From an uncultured Planctomycetaceae bacterium (GTDB taxonomy: Bacteria; Planctomycetota; Planctomycetia; Pirellulales; UBA1268), in NCBI GenBank assembly GCA_903919035.1, contig CAIXGY010000139.1, positions 6,144-70,143 on the forward strand: a stretch of 64,000 nucleotides of DNA. Reading direction: 5' to 3'. Made by a program: the position numbers and the translations under genes. The first letter of the stretch is position 1. Every line of letters begins with the position of its first letter. Shown piece after piece: positions 1-9,264 of this stretch. The notes under the pieces are model-generated. The model ran no database searches. It was not told where the DNA came from and was given only the letters and a program-made list of their open reading frames with translations.

Positions 1-274
1 ATGCCCGCCGGGTGGACAAAATCGCCGCCCTCGAGCCCGACTGCGGCGGGTGAAGGGCCGGTGCCGTCGGCCTGGCAAGCGGGGGCGACGCGGCGGGCGG
101 CGAAAACTCGTCGCGTCGTAGCGGTCGTGCCGGGCGCGGCGGGCAAAAAAGCCTTTTTGGATCGCTTTTTTGCGTTGAAGCCCGTGATGGGCTGGGTATC
201 GTCGGCATCATGGAACCGCGGTGGACCGGCTCGCGTGGGCGGCCCGCGGACACTCCGTCGGAAGCACCCTCGGC

Positions 275-847
275 ATGCCACTCGCCCGCCATCCAGATCC
301 CGAAGAGGTCGACTGCCTGATCCGCAACGGTGAGTTGCGGGACGCGATCGAGCCCTATCTCGACGAGGCCGTGTGGGAGGTCGATTTCCGCGGCCTGTCG
401 ACCGAGTCTGAGAACCGGTTCCTGGAGTCGATGCTGGCGTGGGAACTCGCGCCGACGGTGCCGGTGGCCCGGTGGTTCGACCCTCCGCTGGCCCTGCAGC
501 CGGCCTGCACGCTCGACGACGACCAACTCCACGAGCGGCTGTGGGAAACGATTGAGCGGCTCTATGCGGGCCGGGTGGTGCTCGACTTCACCGATCACCT
601 CTCCGATCGCGAGCTCTATTCGCTCATTCGCCGCGACATCCTGCCAGCCCCGGTGAAGCGGGTCGATCTCGCCGACAACTTCGTGCACTGGGATTGCAGC
701 GCCTCCGAAGATGCCGATCCGTCGGCGTGGCTGATGTACTACGCCAGCGACGAGGAGCGGGAGGAATGGCGGCTCGAAGAGGGCCGCGATCCGCCCCCCC
801 GCCGCGTGCCCGCCCACCCGCGAGCCCTGCCGACGGCCCCGGTCTGA
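275..847 (+). CDS. hypothetical protein (about 190 aa, acidic)
   Basis: Track ORF 221..847 with an in-frame ATG at 275 (MPLARHPDPEEV...). Third positions are G/C-dominated. No motif I recognise. The start (221 vs 275) is unresolved. Confidence 0.5.
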   Translation: MPLARHPDPEEVDCLIRNGELRDAIEPYLDEAVWEVDFRGLSTESENRFLESMLAWELAPTVPVARWFDPPLALQPACTLDDDQLHERLWETIERLYAGRVVLDFTDHLSDRELYSLIRRDILPAPVKRVDLADNFVHWDCSASEDADPSAWLMYYASDEEREEWRLEEGRDPPPRRVPAHPRALPTAPV

Positions 848-972
848 TCTGGGGTCCTCGTGAGCCTCGCGCATGGGGAGGCCTCTCGTTCGCAGCCGGC
901 GTTGCTGGCCGAGCGCGGCACGGATTGCGAAGCGCGGCCGGCATCGAGTGAGCAACGGGCACGACGCCCGTC

Positions 973-1009
973 GCGAACGTCCGAGCGAGACGGCACGGGC
1001 AGCCCCGAC
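973..1009 (+). repeat. copy of the GCGAACGTCC...GGGCAGCCC intergenic motif (family of the element at 34432..34676)
   Basis: GCGAACGTCCGAGCGAGACGGCACGGGCAGCCCCGAC matches 34644..34680 at 34 of 37 positions (hand alignment). It is followed by the hairpin TGACCGATCCCGGTCA at 1055..1070, and the other copy has a similar hairpin at 34677..34695. Confidence 0.7.
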
Positions 1010-1188
1010 GCCGGGACAGGCGCGGTGACGCGCGAGGATCGCGTGTGAGCCGGATGACCGATCCCGGTCACCGTCGGGCGGAGTCACCGCGGAAAGTTTC
1101 CCCACGGGTGCAGGAGTTTCCGCGAGCGGGCCGCAGCCCCTATCCTTCCGACTGGGATCGCGGCCGCGATTCGCCTCCGGAGGTTTTC

Positions 1189-2307
1189 ATGTCGTCGTCA
1201 CTCGTTTTTCGTCGCGCCGCGCTCGTCGCCGGTGTTGCCGTGCTGGTCGCGCCCGCCGTCCGGGGGGCCGACGCTGCCGCCATTCGTGCCGCGATCGACA
1301 GGGCATCGGCGCATCTCTCCACGCACGGTCAGGCGGCCGACGGGAGTTTCTCGGCGGAGATCGGCCCGGCGGTGACCGCGCTCGTCGTGACGGCGCTCGT
1401 GCGGACCGGCACACCAGCCGACGCCCCCGTCGTGACACGCGGCCTCGATCACCTGCTGTCGTTCCGGCGGACCGACGGCGCAATCGCGCCACCGGAGTCC
1501 CCTGTCGCCAACTATGAGACATCGATCGCATTGATGGCACTTCACGCCTGCAACGCCGACGGCCGCCACGACCGGGCGATCCGCGAGGCCCAGACGTTTC
1601 TCCGGGGCCTGCAGTGGGACGACGGCGAGGGCAAGGGGGCCTCCGATCTCGCGCACGGCGGTGCGGGCTACGGTCGCACGTCGCGTCCGGACCTCTCCAA
1701 CACGGCCTTCATGATCGAGGCGCTGCGGACCGCCGGCGTGAGCGCCGATGACCCGGCCATCCAGAAGGCGCTCGTGTTCGTGTCGCGGACGCAGAACCTC
1801 GTCGGCCCCGACAACACGGCCCCCTTCGCGGCACGAAACACGAACGCCGACGACACGGGGGGCTTTTATTACACGCCGGCGGCCGGCGGCGAGAGCCAGG
1901 CCGGCGAGCGGCCCGAGGGGGGCCTGCGGAGCTACGGTTCGATGACCTACGCCGGCCTGAAGAGCATGATCTTCGCGGGCCTCACGCGGGACGACCCGCG
2001 GGTGCAGGCCGCGGTGGACTGGCTGCGGCGGCATTACACGTTCGCCGAGAATCCAGGCATGGGTGACGCGGGCCTCTTCTACTTCTTTCACACCGCCTCC
2101 AAGGCGCTCGACGCGCTGGGTGAGGACTCGTTCACCGACGCGGCAGGCGTGGCCCACGACTGGCGGGCCGAACTCTCCGACGCGCTGCTCGCCACGCAGC
2201 GCGAGGATGGGTCGTGGGTCAACGCCAACCCGCGCTGGCTGGAGGACGATCCCAACCTGGTGACGGCCTACGCGCTGCTGGCGCTGGCCAACTGCCTGCC
2301 CGAGTGA
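1189..2307 (+). CDS. secreted prenyltransferase/squalene-oxidase (alpha/alpha-toroid) repeat protein
   Basis: Track ORF 1045..2307. ATG 1189 gives the signal peptide MSSSLVFRRAALVAGVAVLVAPAVRGADA. Toroid-repeat-like segments are present (SNTAFMIEALRTAG, GGFYYTP, GSMTYAGLKSM, DGSWVNANPRW..NLVTAYALLALA). Confidence 0.7.
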   Translation: MSSSLVFRRAALVAGVAVLVAPAVRGADAAAIRAAIDRASAHLSTHGQAADGSFSAEIGPAVTALVVTALVRTGTPADAPVVTRGLDHLLSFRRTDGAIAPPESPVANYETSIALMALHACNADGRHDRAIREAQTFLRGLQWDDGEGKGASDLAHGGAGYGRTSRPDLSNTAFMIEALRTAGVSADDPAIQKALVFVSRTQNLVGPDNTAPFAARNTNADDTGGFYYTPAAGGESQAGERPEGGLRSYGSMTYAGLKSMIFAGLTRDDPRVQAAVDWLRRHYTFAENPGMGDAGLFYFFHTASKALDALGEDSFTDAAGVAHDWRAELSDALLATQREDGSWVNANPRWLEDDPNLVTAYALLALANCLPE

Positions 2308-2320
2308 ACCCCGCCGACGA

Positions 2321-3592
2321 TCAATCGTTCAGATCGAAGAGCCGCTTGAGCGCGTCGAGCAGGCCGTGCGGCGGGCCCGAGCGGCTCTCGCTCCGCAGGC
2401 TCGCCAGCGGCGGATGGAGGAGCTTCGCGGCATAGCGCTCGAAGGCCTGGCGGATCTCGGCCCGCTCGGCCTCGCCGAGTTGCGGCAATCTGCGGAAGAG
2501 CCGGTCGAGCTCCGACTCACCCGTCTCGCTCCAGCCAGCCCGCAAGCGCTCGATCACGGGCGCTGTCGACCTGTGGTGAAGGTCGCCCATGAAGCGGTGC
2601 GTCTCCTCGTCGACGATGGCCCGCGCCGCCGGCAACTCACCACGACGCCGTTCCCGGTTGGCGTCGCAGGCGGCGGCGAGATCGTCGATCGAGTAGAGCC
2701 AGACGCCGGGCCGGCCGTTGATCCGCGGATCGAAGTCGCGCGGCACGGCGAGGTCGAGCACCACGAGGGGCCGGCCGCCGCGGGCGGCCTCGGCCTGGGC
2801 GAAGAGTTCGGTCGTCACCACCGGCACGGCGGCCCCGGTCGTGCTGACGACGAGATCCGCGGCGGCGAGTTCCGCGGCCAGTTCGTCGAAGCGACCGGGC
2901 CGGGCGCCGAGCCGGGCCGCGAGTTCGACGGCGCGGCCGGCGGTGCGGTTGACGACCGTCACGTCCCGGGCCCCGGCCTCCCGGAGATAGCGGAGCGTCT
3001 CGGCGGCCATCTTGCCGGCACCGACGAGCAGCACACGCTTGTCATCGAACCGCTCGAAGACGCCGGCGGCGAAGTCCGACACCGCGACGCTGGGGATCGA
3101 CACCCGTTCTCGGCCGAGCGCCGTCTCGGTCGCCACCCGCTTCGCGGTCCGCAGCGCCGCCTGGAACATCTCGCCGGTGAGCGGACCGGCCGTGCGGCTT
3201 TCCTGGGCCAGGGCCCAGGCCTGCTTCACCTGGGCGAGGATCTGCGGCTCACCGAGCACCATGCTGTCGAGGCCCGCGGCCACACTGAACAGGTGGCGGA
3301 CCACGGCGTCGTCGCGGCGGCGTGCGAGCACGGGCGCGAGTTGCGTGACCTCGAGGCCGCGGCACTCGGCGAGGAACGCGAGGATGTCGTCCTCGGCCGG
3401 CACGGCATCCCGCTCGCTCGCCGCGTAAAATTCCACGCGATTGCACGTCGAGAGCAGCACCCCCTCGCGACCCGGGAAGCGAGCCCGGAACCTGGCGAGC
3501 GCGTCGGCCGCCTGCTCGGCGGAGAAGGCCAGACGCTCGCGGAGGTCGAGCGGCACCGTGCGATGGGTGCCGCCCACGAGTGCCAGCGTCAT
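2321..3592 (-). CDS. hemA: glutamyl-tRNA reductase
   Basis: C-terminal 423 aa of track ORF 2321..5830, starting MTLALVGGTH at CAT 3590-3592. Has the catalytic-Cys motif LSTCNRVEFY and the NADPH fold VLLVGAGKMAAETLRYL. Confidence 0.9.
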   Translation of the reverse strand: MTLALVGGTHRTVPLDLRERLAFSAEQAADALARFRARFPGREGVLLSTCNRVEFYAASERDAVPAEDDILAFLAECRGLEVTQLAPVLARRRDDAVVRHLFSVAAGLDSMVLGEPQILAQVKQAWALAQESRTAGPLTGEMFQAALRTAKRVATETALGRERVSIPSVAVSDFAAGVFERFDDKRVLLVGAGKMAAETLRYLREAGARDVTVVNRTAGRAVELAARLGARPGRFDELAAELAAADLVVSTTGAAVPVVTTELFAQAEAARGGRPLVVLDLAVPRDFDPRINGRPGVWLYSIDDLAAACDANRERRRGELPAARAIVDEETHRFMGDLHHRSTAPVIERLRAGWSETGESELDRLFRRLPQLGEAERAEIRQAFERYAAKLLHPPLASLRSESRSGPPHGLLDALKRLFDLND

Positions 3593-4470
3593 GGCATGGC
3601 CTCGCCGGTGACGGCCGCAGCATGCCGGGGCACGCCGTGCTGCGATCGGCCAAGCAGCCCCCACAGGATCGAGAGGGCGAGCACGCCGAGGCTCACGAGC
3701 GACAGCCAGGCCGTGATGCGCCCACCGTCGGGCCGGCGACGGGCCGCATGGCCAAGCGCGTCGGCCGCGATCAGCCAGGCCACCACGACGCCCATCCGCA
3801 GCACGACAGGGTCGGTCCAAGGCACGGTCTCGAGCAGTCCGTGCCGACGATTGACGGCATTGAGCACGATGCCCGAGGCGAATCCCGCGGCTGCCGTCCA
3901 GGCGGCGACCGCAAGGGAGCGGTGGGTGAGGTGGGCGAGCCGCTCGAGGCTCGGCATCCGGAAGCCGCGGAGCGGTGGACGCTTCCGCGCGAGCCGGCCG
4001 GCCTGGATGAGCCACATCAGTCCCGCCGCGGCCCCGACCGCCACGGCCACGCTGGCGGCGAGGTTGAAACTGCCGTGGATCCGGCCCCAGACGCGGCTGG
4101 CGGGGCTTTGCAGGAAGGGCTCGCGACTGGCGAGCGTGGCGGCACCGACCAGGGCCAGCACGACCGGCAGGATGAACAGACCCACCGGCGTCCGCGGATT
4201 GGCGAGCGTGAGCCATAGCGAGCCGGCGGCAAGGACCCATGCCGCCAGCAGGTACCAGTCGAAGGGGCTCGAGAGTGGGGCGGTCGACTCGTTCAGACCG
4301 CGCCACACGAGAAACAGCGTGTGTGCGACGAGGCCGGCGATCGCGAAGCCGATCATCGCGGCCCCGCGCAGGCCGGAGCGAAACACCGGCCGCGACGCCT
4401 CGCAGACGAGCGCCACCGCATAACTCGCCGCGAAGCAGAGAATCGAGATGCCGGAGACGAATTCGGCCAT
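3589..4470 (-). CDS. cytochrome c assembly family membrane protein (CcsA/HemX-like)
   Basis: Track ORF 3589..4668 trimmed to MAEFVSGISILCFAAS (CAT 4468-4470). Polytopic membrane protein. Its stop overlaps the hemA start by 4 nt (3589-3592), which recalls the hemA-hemX linkage known in Bacillus. Confidence 0.7.
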   Translation of the reverse strand: MAEFVSGISILCFAASYAVALVCEASRPVFRSGLRGAAMIGFAIAGLVAHTLFLVWRGLNESTAPLSSPFDWYLLAAWVLAAGSLWLTLANPRTPVGLFILPVVLALVGAATLASREPFLQSPASRVWGRIHGSFNLAASVAVAVGAAAGLMWLIQAGRLARKRPPLRGFRMPSLERLAHLTHRSLAVAAWTAAAGFASGIVLNAVNRRHGLLETVPWTDPVVLRMGVVVAWLIAADALGHAARRRPDGGRITAWLSLVSLGVLALSILWGLLGRSQHGVPRHAAAVTGEAMP

Positions 4471-4579
4471 GCCGTTGCCCGTGCGAAACCCTGCCTCGTG
4501 CGGACCCCGAGGGCCCACGTCGCATTGTAGTTGCATCCCGCCGGGTGCCACGCGGGGTCGCGGCGTATACTCCGACGCG

Positions 4580-5668
4580 ATGGCACGTCCCTCCCCGCAC
4601 GATCCGGTCGCCGGATCCCCGCCGCCCCCCGCCGGGCCGTCCGATCCGCGGAGCCGAAGCCTGCTCATGCGGGCCTGCCGCCGCGAGCCGGTCGAGCGGA
4701 CACCGGTCTGGCTGATGCGGCAGGCGGGCCGCTATCTGCCCGAATACCGCGCCATCCGCGAGCGGGTGTCCTTCATGGAACTCTGCACGACCCCCCGGCT
4801 GGCCGCGGAGGTGATGATCGCCACGGTGCACCGCCTGGGTGTCGATGCCGCGATCATCTTCAGCGACCTGCTCCCGATCCTCCAGCCGATGGGGCTGGAT
4901 CTCGAGTTCACGGCCGGCGAAGGACCGGTGATCCACAATCCCGTCCGCGATGCCGCCGATGTCGCCCGCGTTCATGAGCTCGACGACGTGGGCCGCGTGG
5001 GCTACGTCATGGACGTGGTGGCCGCCACCCGGTCCGGGCTCGACGACTCGATACCGGTGATCGGCTTCGCCGGTGCGCCCTTCACCCTCGCCGGCTACTG
5101 CATCGAAGGGGGCACGAGCAAGTCGTGGCAGGCGACGAAGACGTTCATGCTCCGCCACGAGTCGGCCTGGCACGATCTGCTCGCGCGGATCGCCCGCGCG
5201 GTGAGCCGCTACCTCGTGGCTCAGCTCGACGCCGGCGCCCAGGTCGTGCAGCTCTTCGACAGCTGGGTCGGGTGCCTCGGCCCCGACGACTATCGTCGCT
5301 TCGTGCTGCCCCACTCCCGCGCGGCGCTCGCCGAGGCGGCGCGACGGGCCCCGGTGATCCACTTCGCGACGGGCAACCCCGCGCTGTTGCCCCTGCTCGC
5401 CGAGGCGGGCGGGTCGGTGATCGGCGTCGACTGGCGGATCGACCTTGCCAGCGCCTGGCGGATGGTGGGCGAGGATCGTGGGGTGCAGGGCAATCTCGAT
5501 CCCGTCATCCTGCTGGCCGACCGCGACACGGTCCGCCGGCGCGTCCGCGCCGTTCTCGACGCGGCCGGCGGCCGTCCGGGGCACATCTTCAACCTCGGCC
5601 ACGGCATCCTGCCGCAGACGCCCGTCGAAAACGTCCTCGAACTGGTCGCAGCCGTGAAGGACACGTGA
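4580..5668 (+). CDS. hemE: uroporphyrinogen decarboxylase
   Basis: Track ORF 4448..5668. Has the URO-D signature PVWLMRQAGRYLPEYR. ATG 4580 is chosen; ATG 4667 (MRACRREPVERTPVW) is an equally plausible start. Confidence 0.9.
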   Translation: MARPSPHDPVAGSPPPPAGPSDPRSRSLLMRACRREPVERTPVWLMRQAGRYLPEYRAIRERVSFMELCTTPRLAAEVMIATVHRLGVDAAIIFSDLLPILQPMGLDLEFTAGEGPVIHNPVRDAADVARVHELDDVGRVGYVMDVVAATRSGLDDSIPVIGFAGAPFTLAGYCIEGGTSKSWQATKTFMLRHESAWHDLLARIARAVSRYLVAQLDAGAQVVQLFDSWVGCLGPDDYRRFVLPHSRAALAEAARRAPVIHFATGNPALLPLLAEAGGSVIGVDWRIDLASAWRMVGEDRGVQGNLDPVILLADRDTVRRRVRAVLDAAGGRPGHIFNLGHGILPQTPVENVLELVAAVKDT

Positions 5669-5774
5669 GGCGGGGGACTGTCCCGATCGGCTCTCGGCGG
5701 GGTACAGTGGCGCGTTGCGCGCCGCCCGGCGTGACACGCCCATGTGATCGCCCCCACGCCCCACGCCCGGCAGC

Positions 5775-8700
5775 ATGAAGAACCTCGAGCAGCGTTTCTC
5801 CCGCCTCTTCTCCCCCTCGGACCTCGACACCGCTCGATCACTGACGCCGGCGCGGGTCTCGTGTCCGCGAGTCGGTCAGGTTCGCGGCACGGTGTCCGCT
5901 CCCGACGGCGGAACCCACGACGTGTTTCTCGAACTCGCCGCCCATCGCAAGGGCGGCATGACCCTCGAAGCCCGCTGCACGAGCCCGGCGGGCCGCTCGG
6001 GCCGGCCCTGTGCCGCCCTCGCGGCGGTGCTGCTCGAGGTCGATCGTCGTGGCCTGCTCGCCGGCATTCCCGACCAGACGCCGGTGGTGCTCGACGTGGT
6101 GGCGGACGAGGGCACGCCGGACGATGACCTCGACACCCCGCCGTTCGCGACCGATGACGATGACGAGGGCGACGGCCGCCCCGCCACCGGCACCGGTCGG
6201 CAATCCCGGGTGGAGCCGGCCACCGTGGTCGCCGCCCGCCGAGGTGCCGGCAGACCGCCGGCGTGGGTCGCCGAACTCGAGGATCGTCGTCGGCTCGTCG
6301 AGCCCGCGATCCGCACCGCCGGCCTCGATATTCCCGACGGCCGCCGGTCAGCCGGCGCGCTCGTCTTCATGCTCGATCTGTCGGCATCGGCGGACTCGCG
6401 GGGCGTGATCCTCGTCCCATGCCGGATGCAGTTGGACGTGGCGGGCAACGCGACCGGCCGGCCGCGGCCGATCGAGATCGGGCCCGGCGGCGTGGAGTTC
6501 GACGAGTTCGACGCGGCGGAACGCGACATCCTCGAGCGGCTCGTGGGGGCCGTGCCGCTGGCCGGTCCCGGCATGGCGGAGCCGGCTGCGGGCCGCACGA
6601 TCGCGCGGATCGCGGTGGGCACGCGGGCGGTCGCGGCGCACCTGTCGCTGCTCTGCGAGACGGGCCGTCTCGTGCTCCAGCCCGAGCCTCGGCGGTCGCC
6701 GGAGCACGTCGTGCCCCTGACCTGGGATGCGGGCCGACCCTGGGAATTCGCCTTCGTGCTCGAGCCCGACGACGACGATCTGCGGCCGGCACGATCCGCT
6801 GCCGACGATGAGGCGGCGCCGCGGCCGGCGAAAGCCACGCTGCGGGGCATGCTCGTCCGGGGCAGCCAGCGGAAGGAGCTTCGTGAACCGCGGGCCATTC
6901 TCCGGGCCGGTGTCGTCGTGTTCGCCGATCGCATCGCGCGGCTGGCCATGCCCGAGGCCGGGGGCGACGTGGCCGGCTGGATCGATCAATTCGAACGGCG
7001 CGGCCCGATCGAGATCGCCGGCTCCCAGGCCGACGGTCTCATCGAGCGGCTCGCGACCCTCGCCGATGCGCCGCGGGTCGTGCTGCCGGCCTGGACCGGA
7101 TGGCGGATCGAGTCGGGGGTGCCACAGCCGAAGCTCGTGCTCGACGACTCACCGGCGATCGACGAGGAGTCGCCGGCCGGCCGCCGCCGCGCCGCACCGC
7201 GGGTGCAACTGGCCGGGCGGATCTGGTTCGACTACGGAGGCACGCTCGTGGCCGCCGACGATCCGGCCGGCGGCGTCGCCGACACCACCCGGCGGATCCT
7301 CGTGCGGCGCGACCGAACGGCGGAGCGGGCAGCGCTCGCCGTGCTCCCGCGACACGGCGCCACGCCCGTCCGCGCGGGAGACGAGCCGGCCGGCGCCGCT
7401 CCCCACGTGCTCATTCCGCGGAACCGCCTCGACGCCTCCGTCTCCCAGTTGGCGGCCGCCGGCTGGACGGTGGAGGTGGCCGGCCGCCGCTACCGTCCCG
7501 CCGGCAGCGTGGCCTGGAACGTGACGAGCGGCATCGACTGGTTCGAGCTGTCGGCGGCCGTCGATTTCGGCGGCGTGACCGCGGAGTTGCCCGCGCTCCT
7601 CGAGGCGCTCGCGCGTGGCGAGCGGTCTCTGGAATTGTCCGACGGCTCGCTCGGCTACATTCCCGACGAACTCGCCAGGCAGTTCGAGCCGATGGCGGCG
7701 CTCGCGCAGAAGCACGACGGCCGGCTCCGCTATGGCCGCATCCAGGCGGCGCTGCTCGACGCGCTCCTGGCCGGTCAGCCGCAGTCGCAGGTCGACGAGG
7801 CATTCGAGCGGATTCGCGAGGAACTCGCCCGAGGCACCCGACCCGAGGCGGCCGATGAGCCCGAGGGCTTCCAGGGCACGCTGCGTCACTACCAGCGTGA
7901 AGGCCTGGGGTGGCTCATGTTCCTCGAGCGCATGGGGCTGGGGGGCTGCCTCGCCGACGACATGGGCCTGGGCAAGACGATCCAGGTGCTGGCGCTCCTG
8001 CTGCGGCGCCAGGCCGAGGTCCGAGCCGCCGGCGTCGGCGAGCGGCCGTCGCTCGTCGTCGTGCCGAAGAGCCTGGTCTTCAACTGGATCGAAGAAGCCC
8101 GCAAGTTCGCCCCGGGTCTGCGGGTCGCCAACTACACCGGCAACGACCGCGCCGAGGTGACCGGATCCCTCACCGACTGGGACGTGGTGATCACGACCTA
8201 CGGCACACTCCGGCGCGACGTCGTCGCCCACCGTGCCGTCGAGTTCGACTACGTGATCCTCGACGAGGCCCAGTCGATCAAGAACGCCGCGAGTCAGGCA
8301 GCGAAGGCCTGCCGCCTGCTGCAGGCTCGCCACCGGCTGGCGCTGACCGGCACCCCGGTGGAGAATCACATCGGAGAACTGTGGAGCATCTTCGAGTTCC
8401 TGAACCCGGGCCAGCTCGGCAGTGCCGGGCGACTGAGGAAGTTCCTCGCCGAAGGCCGCAGCAGCACCGAGATCGTGGCCCGTGCGGTGCGGCCCTACCT
8501 GCTGCGGCGCACGAAGTCGCAGGTGCTCTCCGACCTGCCCGAGAAGACCGAACAGACGCTGTTCGTGGAGCTCACCGACGAGCAGCGGAAGGCCTACGAC
8601 GAACTCCGCGAGCATTACCGTCTGGAGCTCGCGGGCAGGATCGGCCGGCTCGGCATCGGTCGTGCCCGGATCGCCGTGCTCGAGGCGCTCCTGCGACTGA

Positions 8701-9260
8701 GGCAGGCGGCCTGCCATCCCGGGCTCGTCGATCCCGCGCGGGTCGACGAACCCGGCGCCAAGATCGAGACGCTGCTCGAACAGCTCGAGGAAGTGCTCGA
8801 CGAGGGACACAAGGCGCTCGTCTTCAGCCAGTTCACGAGTTTCCTCTCGATCCTGCGGCGGCGGCTCGACGAGCGGAAGACGGTCTACGAGTATCTCGAC
8901 GGCCGGACGACCGACCGGCAGGCCCGCGTGCAGCGGTTCCAGGAGGATCCCGACTGCCGACTGTTCCTCGTGAGCCTCAAGGCGGGGGGGCAGGGGCTCA
9001 ACCTCACCGCGGCCGACTACATCTACATTCTCGACCCGTGGTGGAACCCCGCCGTCGAGGCGCAGGCCGTCGACCGAGCCCACCGCATCGGCCAGACTCG
9101 CCGCGTGTTCGCCTACCGTCTCATCGCCCGCGACACGGTGGAGGAAAAGATCGTGGCGCTCCAGGACCGGAAGCGGGAATTGGCCGACTCGATCGTGCGC
9201 GCCGACGACGGCGTGGTGGCCGGGCTCACCGCCGAGGACGTGGAACTGTTGTTTTCCTGA
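5775..9260 (+). CDS. SNF2-family DNA/RNA helicase with a long uncharacterised N-terminal region
   Basis: 1161 aa. Helicase motifs LRHYQREGLGWL, DDMGLGKT, VILDEAQSIKN, LALTGTPVEN, KALVFSQFTSFL and GGQGLNLTAADYIYILDPWWNPAVEAQAVDRAHRIGQ sit in the C-terminal ~500 aa. Confidence 0.9.
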   Translation: MKNLEQRFSRLFSPSDLDTARSLTPARVSCPRVGQVRGTVSAPDGGTHDVFLELAAHRKGGMTLEARCTSPAGRSGRPCAALAAVLLEVDRRGLLAGIPDQTPVVLDVVADEGTPDDDLDTPPFATDDDDEGDGRPATGTGRQSRVEPATVVAARRGAGRPPAWVAELEDRRRLVEPAIRTAGLDIPDGRRSAGALVFMLDLSASADSRGVILVPCRMQLDVAGNATGRPRPIEIGPGGVEFDEFDAAERDILERLVGAVPLAGPGMAEPAAGRTIARIAVGTRAVAAHLSLLCETGRLVLQPEPRRSPEHVVPLTWDAGRPWEFAFVLEPDDDDLRPARSAADDEAAPRPAKATLRGMLVRGSQRKELREPRAILRAGVVVFADRIARLAMPEAGGDVAGWIDQFERRGPIEIAGSQADGLIERLATLADAPRVVLPAWTGWRIESGVPQPKLVLDDSPAIDEESPAGRRRAAPRVQLAGRIWFDYGGTLVAADDPAGGVADTTRRILVRRDRTAERAALAVLPRHGATPVRAGDEPAGAAPHVLIPRNRLDASVSQLAAAGWTVEVAGRRYRPAGSVAWNVTSGIDWFELSAAVDFGGVTAELPALLEALARGERSLELSDGSLGYIPDELARQFEPMAALAQKHDGRLRYGRIQAALLDALLAGQPQSQVDEAFERIREELARGTRPEAADEPEGFQGTLRHYQREGLGWLMFLERMGLGGCLADDMGLGKTIQVLALLLRRQAEVRAAGVGERPSLVVVPKSLVFNWIEEARKFAPGLRVANYTGNDRAEVTGSLTDWDVVITTYGTLRRDVVAHRAVEFDYVILDEAQSIKNAASQAAKACRLLQARHRLALTGTPVENHIGELWSIFEFLNPGQLGSAGRLRKFLAEGRSSTEIVARAVRPYLLRRTKSQVLSDLPEKTEQTLFVELTDEQRKAYDELREHYRLELAGRIGRLGIGRARIAVLEALLRLRQAACHPGLVDPARVDEPGAKIETLLEQLEEVLDEGHKALVFSQFTSFLSILRRRLDERKTVYEYLDGRTTDRQARVQRFQEDPDCRLFLVSLKAGGQGLNLTAADYIYILDPWWNPAVEAQAVDRAHRIGQTRRVFAYRLIARDTVEEKIVALQDRKRELADSIVRADDGVVAGLTAEDVELLFS

Positions 9261-9264
9261 CCCG

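Noticed and set aside
141-175. A/T hairpin CAAAAA-AGCC-TTTTTG followed by GCTTTTTTGC, a possible terminator of a gene upstream of the window
   Set aside because: The stem is only 6 A-T/G-C pairs with no G/C clamp, and no upstream gene is visible. It could equally be promoter-region AT richness for the first gene.
1-333. 110-aa ORF at the window start
   Set aside because: The product is Pro/Arg/Ala-rich low-complexity sequence. The ORF overlaps the better-supported 275..847 gene in another frame and spans an AT-rich non-coding-looking stretch.
2321-5830. 1169-aa ORF, the longest on the minus strand in this region
   Set aside because: Only its last 423 aa (from MTLALVGG at 3592) look like a protein (HemA). 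The upstream part is antisense to hemE and out of frame with the CcsA-like gene, and reads as Arg/Gly/Pro-rich shadow sequence typical of high-GC DNA.
5950-6060. SWIM zinc finger at the N-terminus of the SNF2 helicase
   Set aside because: Only two Cys are present (RCTSPAGRSGRPCAAL). The CxC...CxH signature is not there, so the domain is not called.
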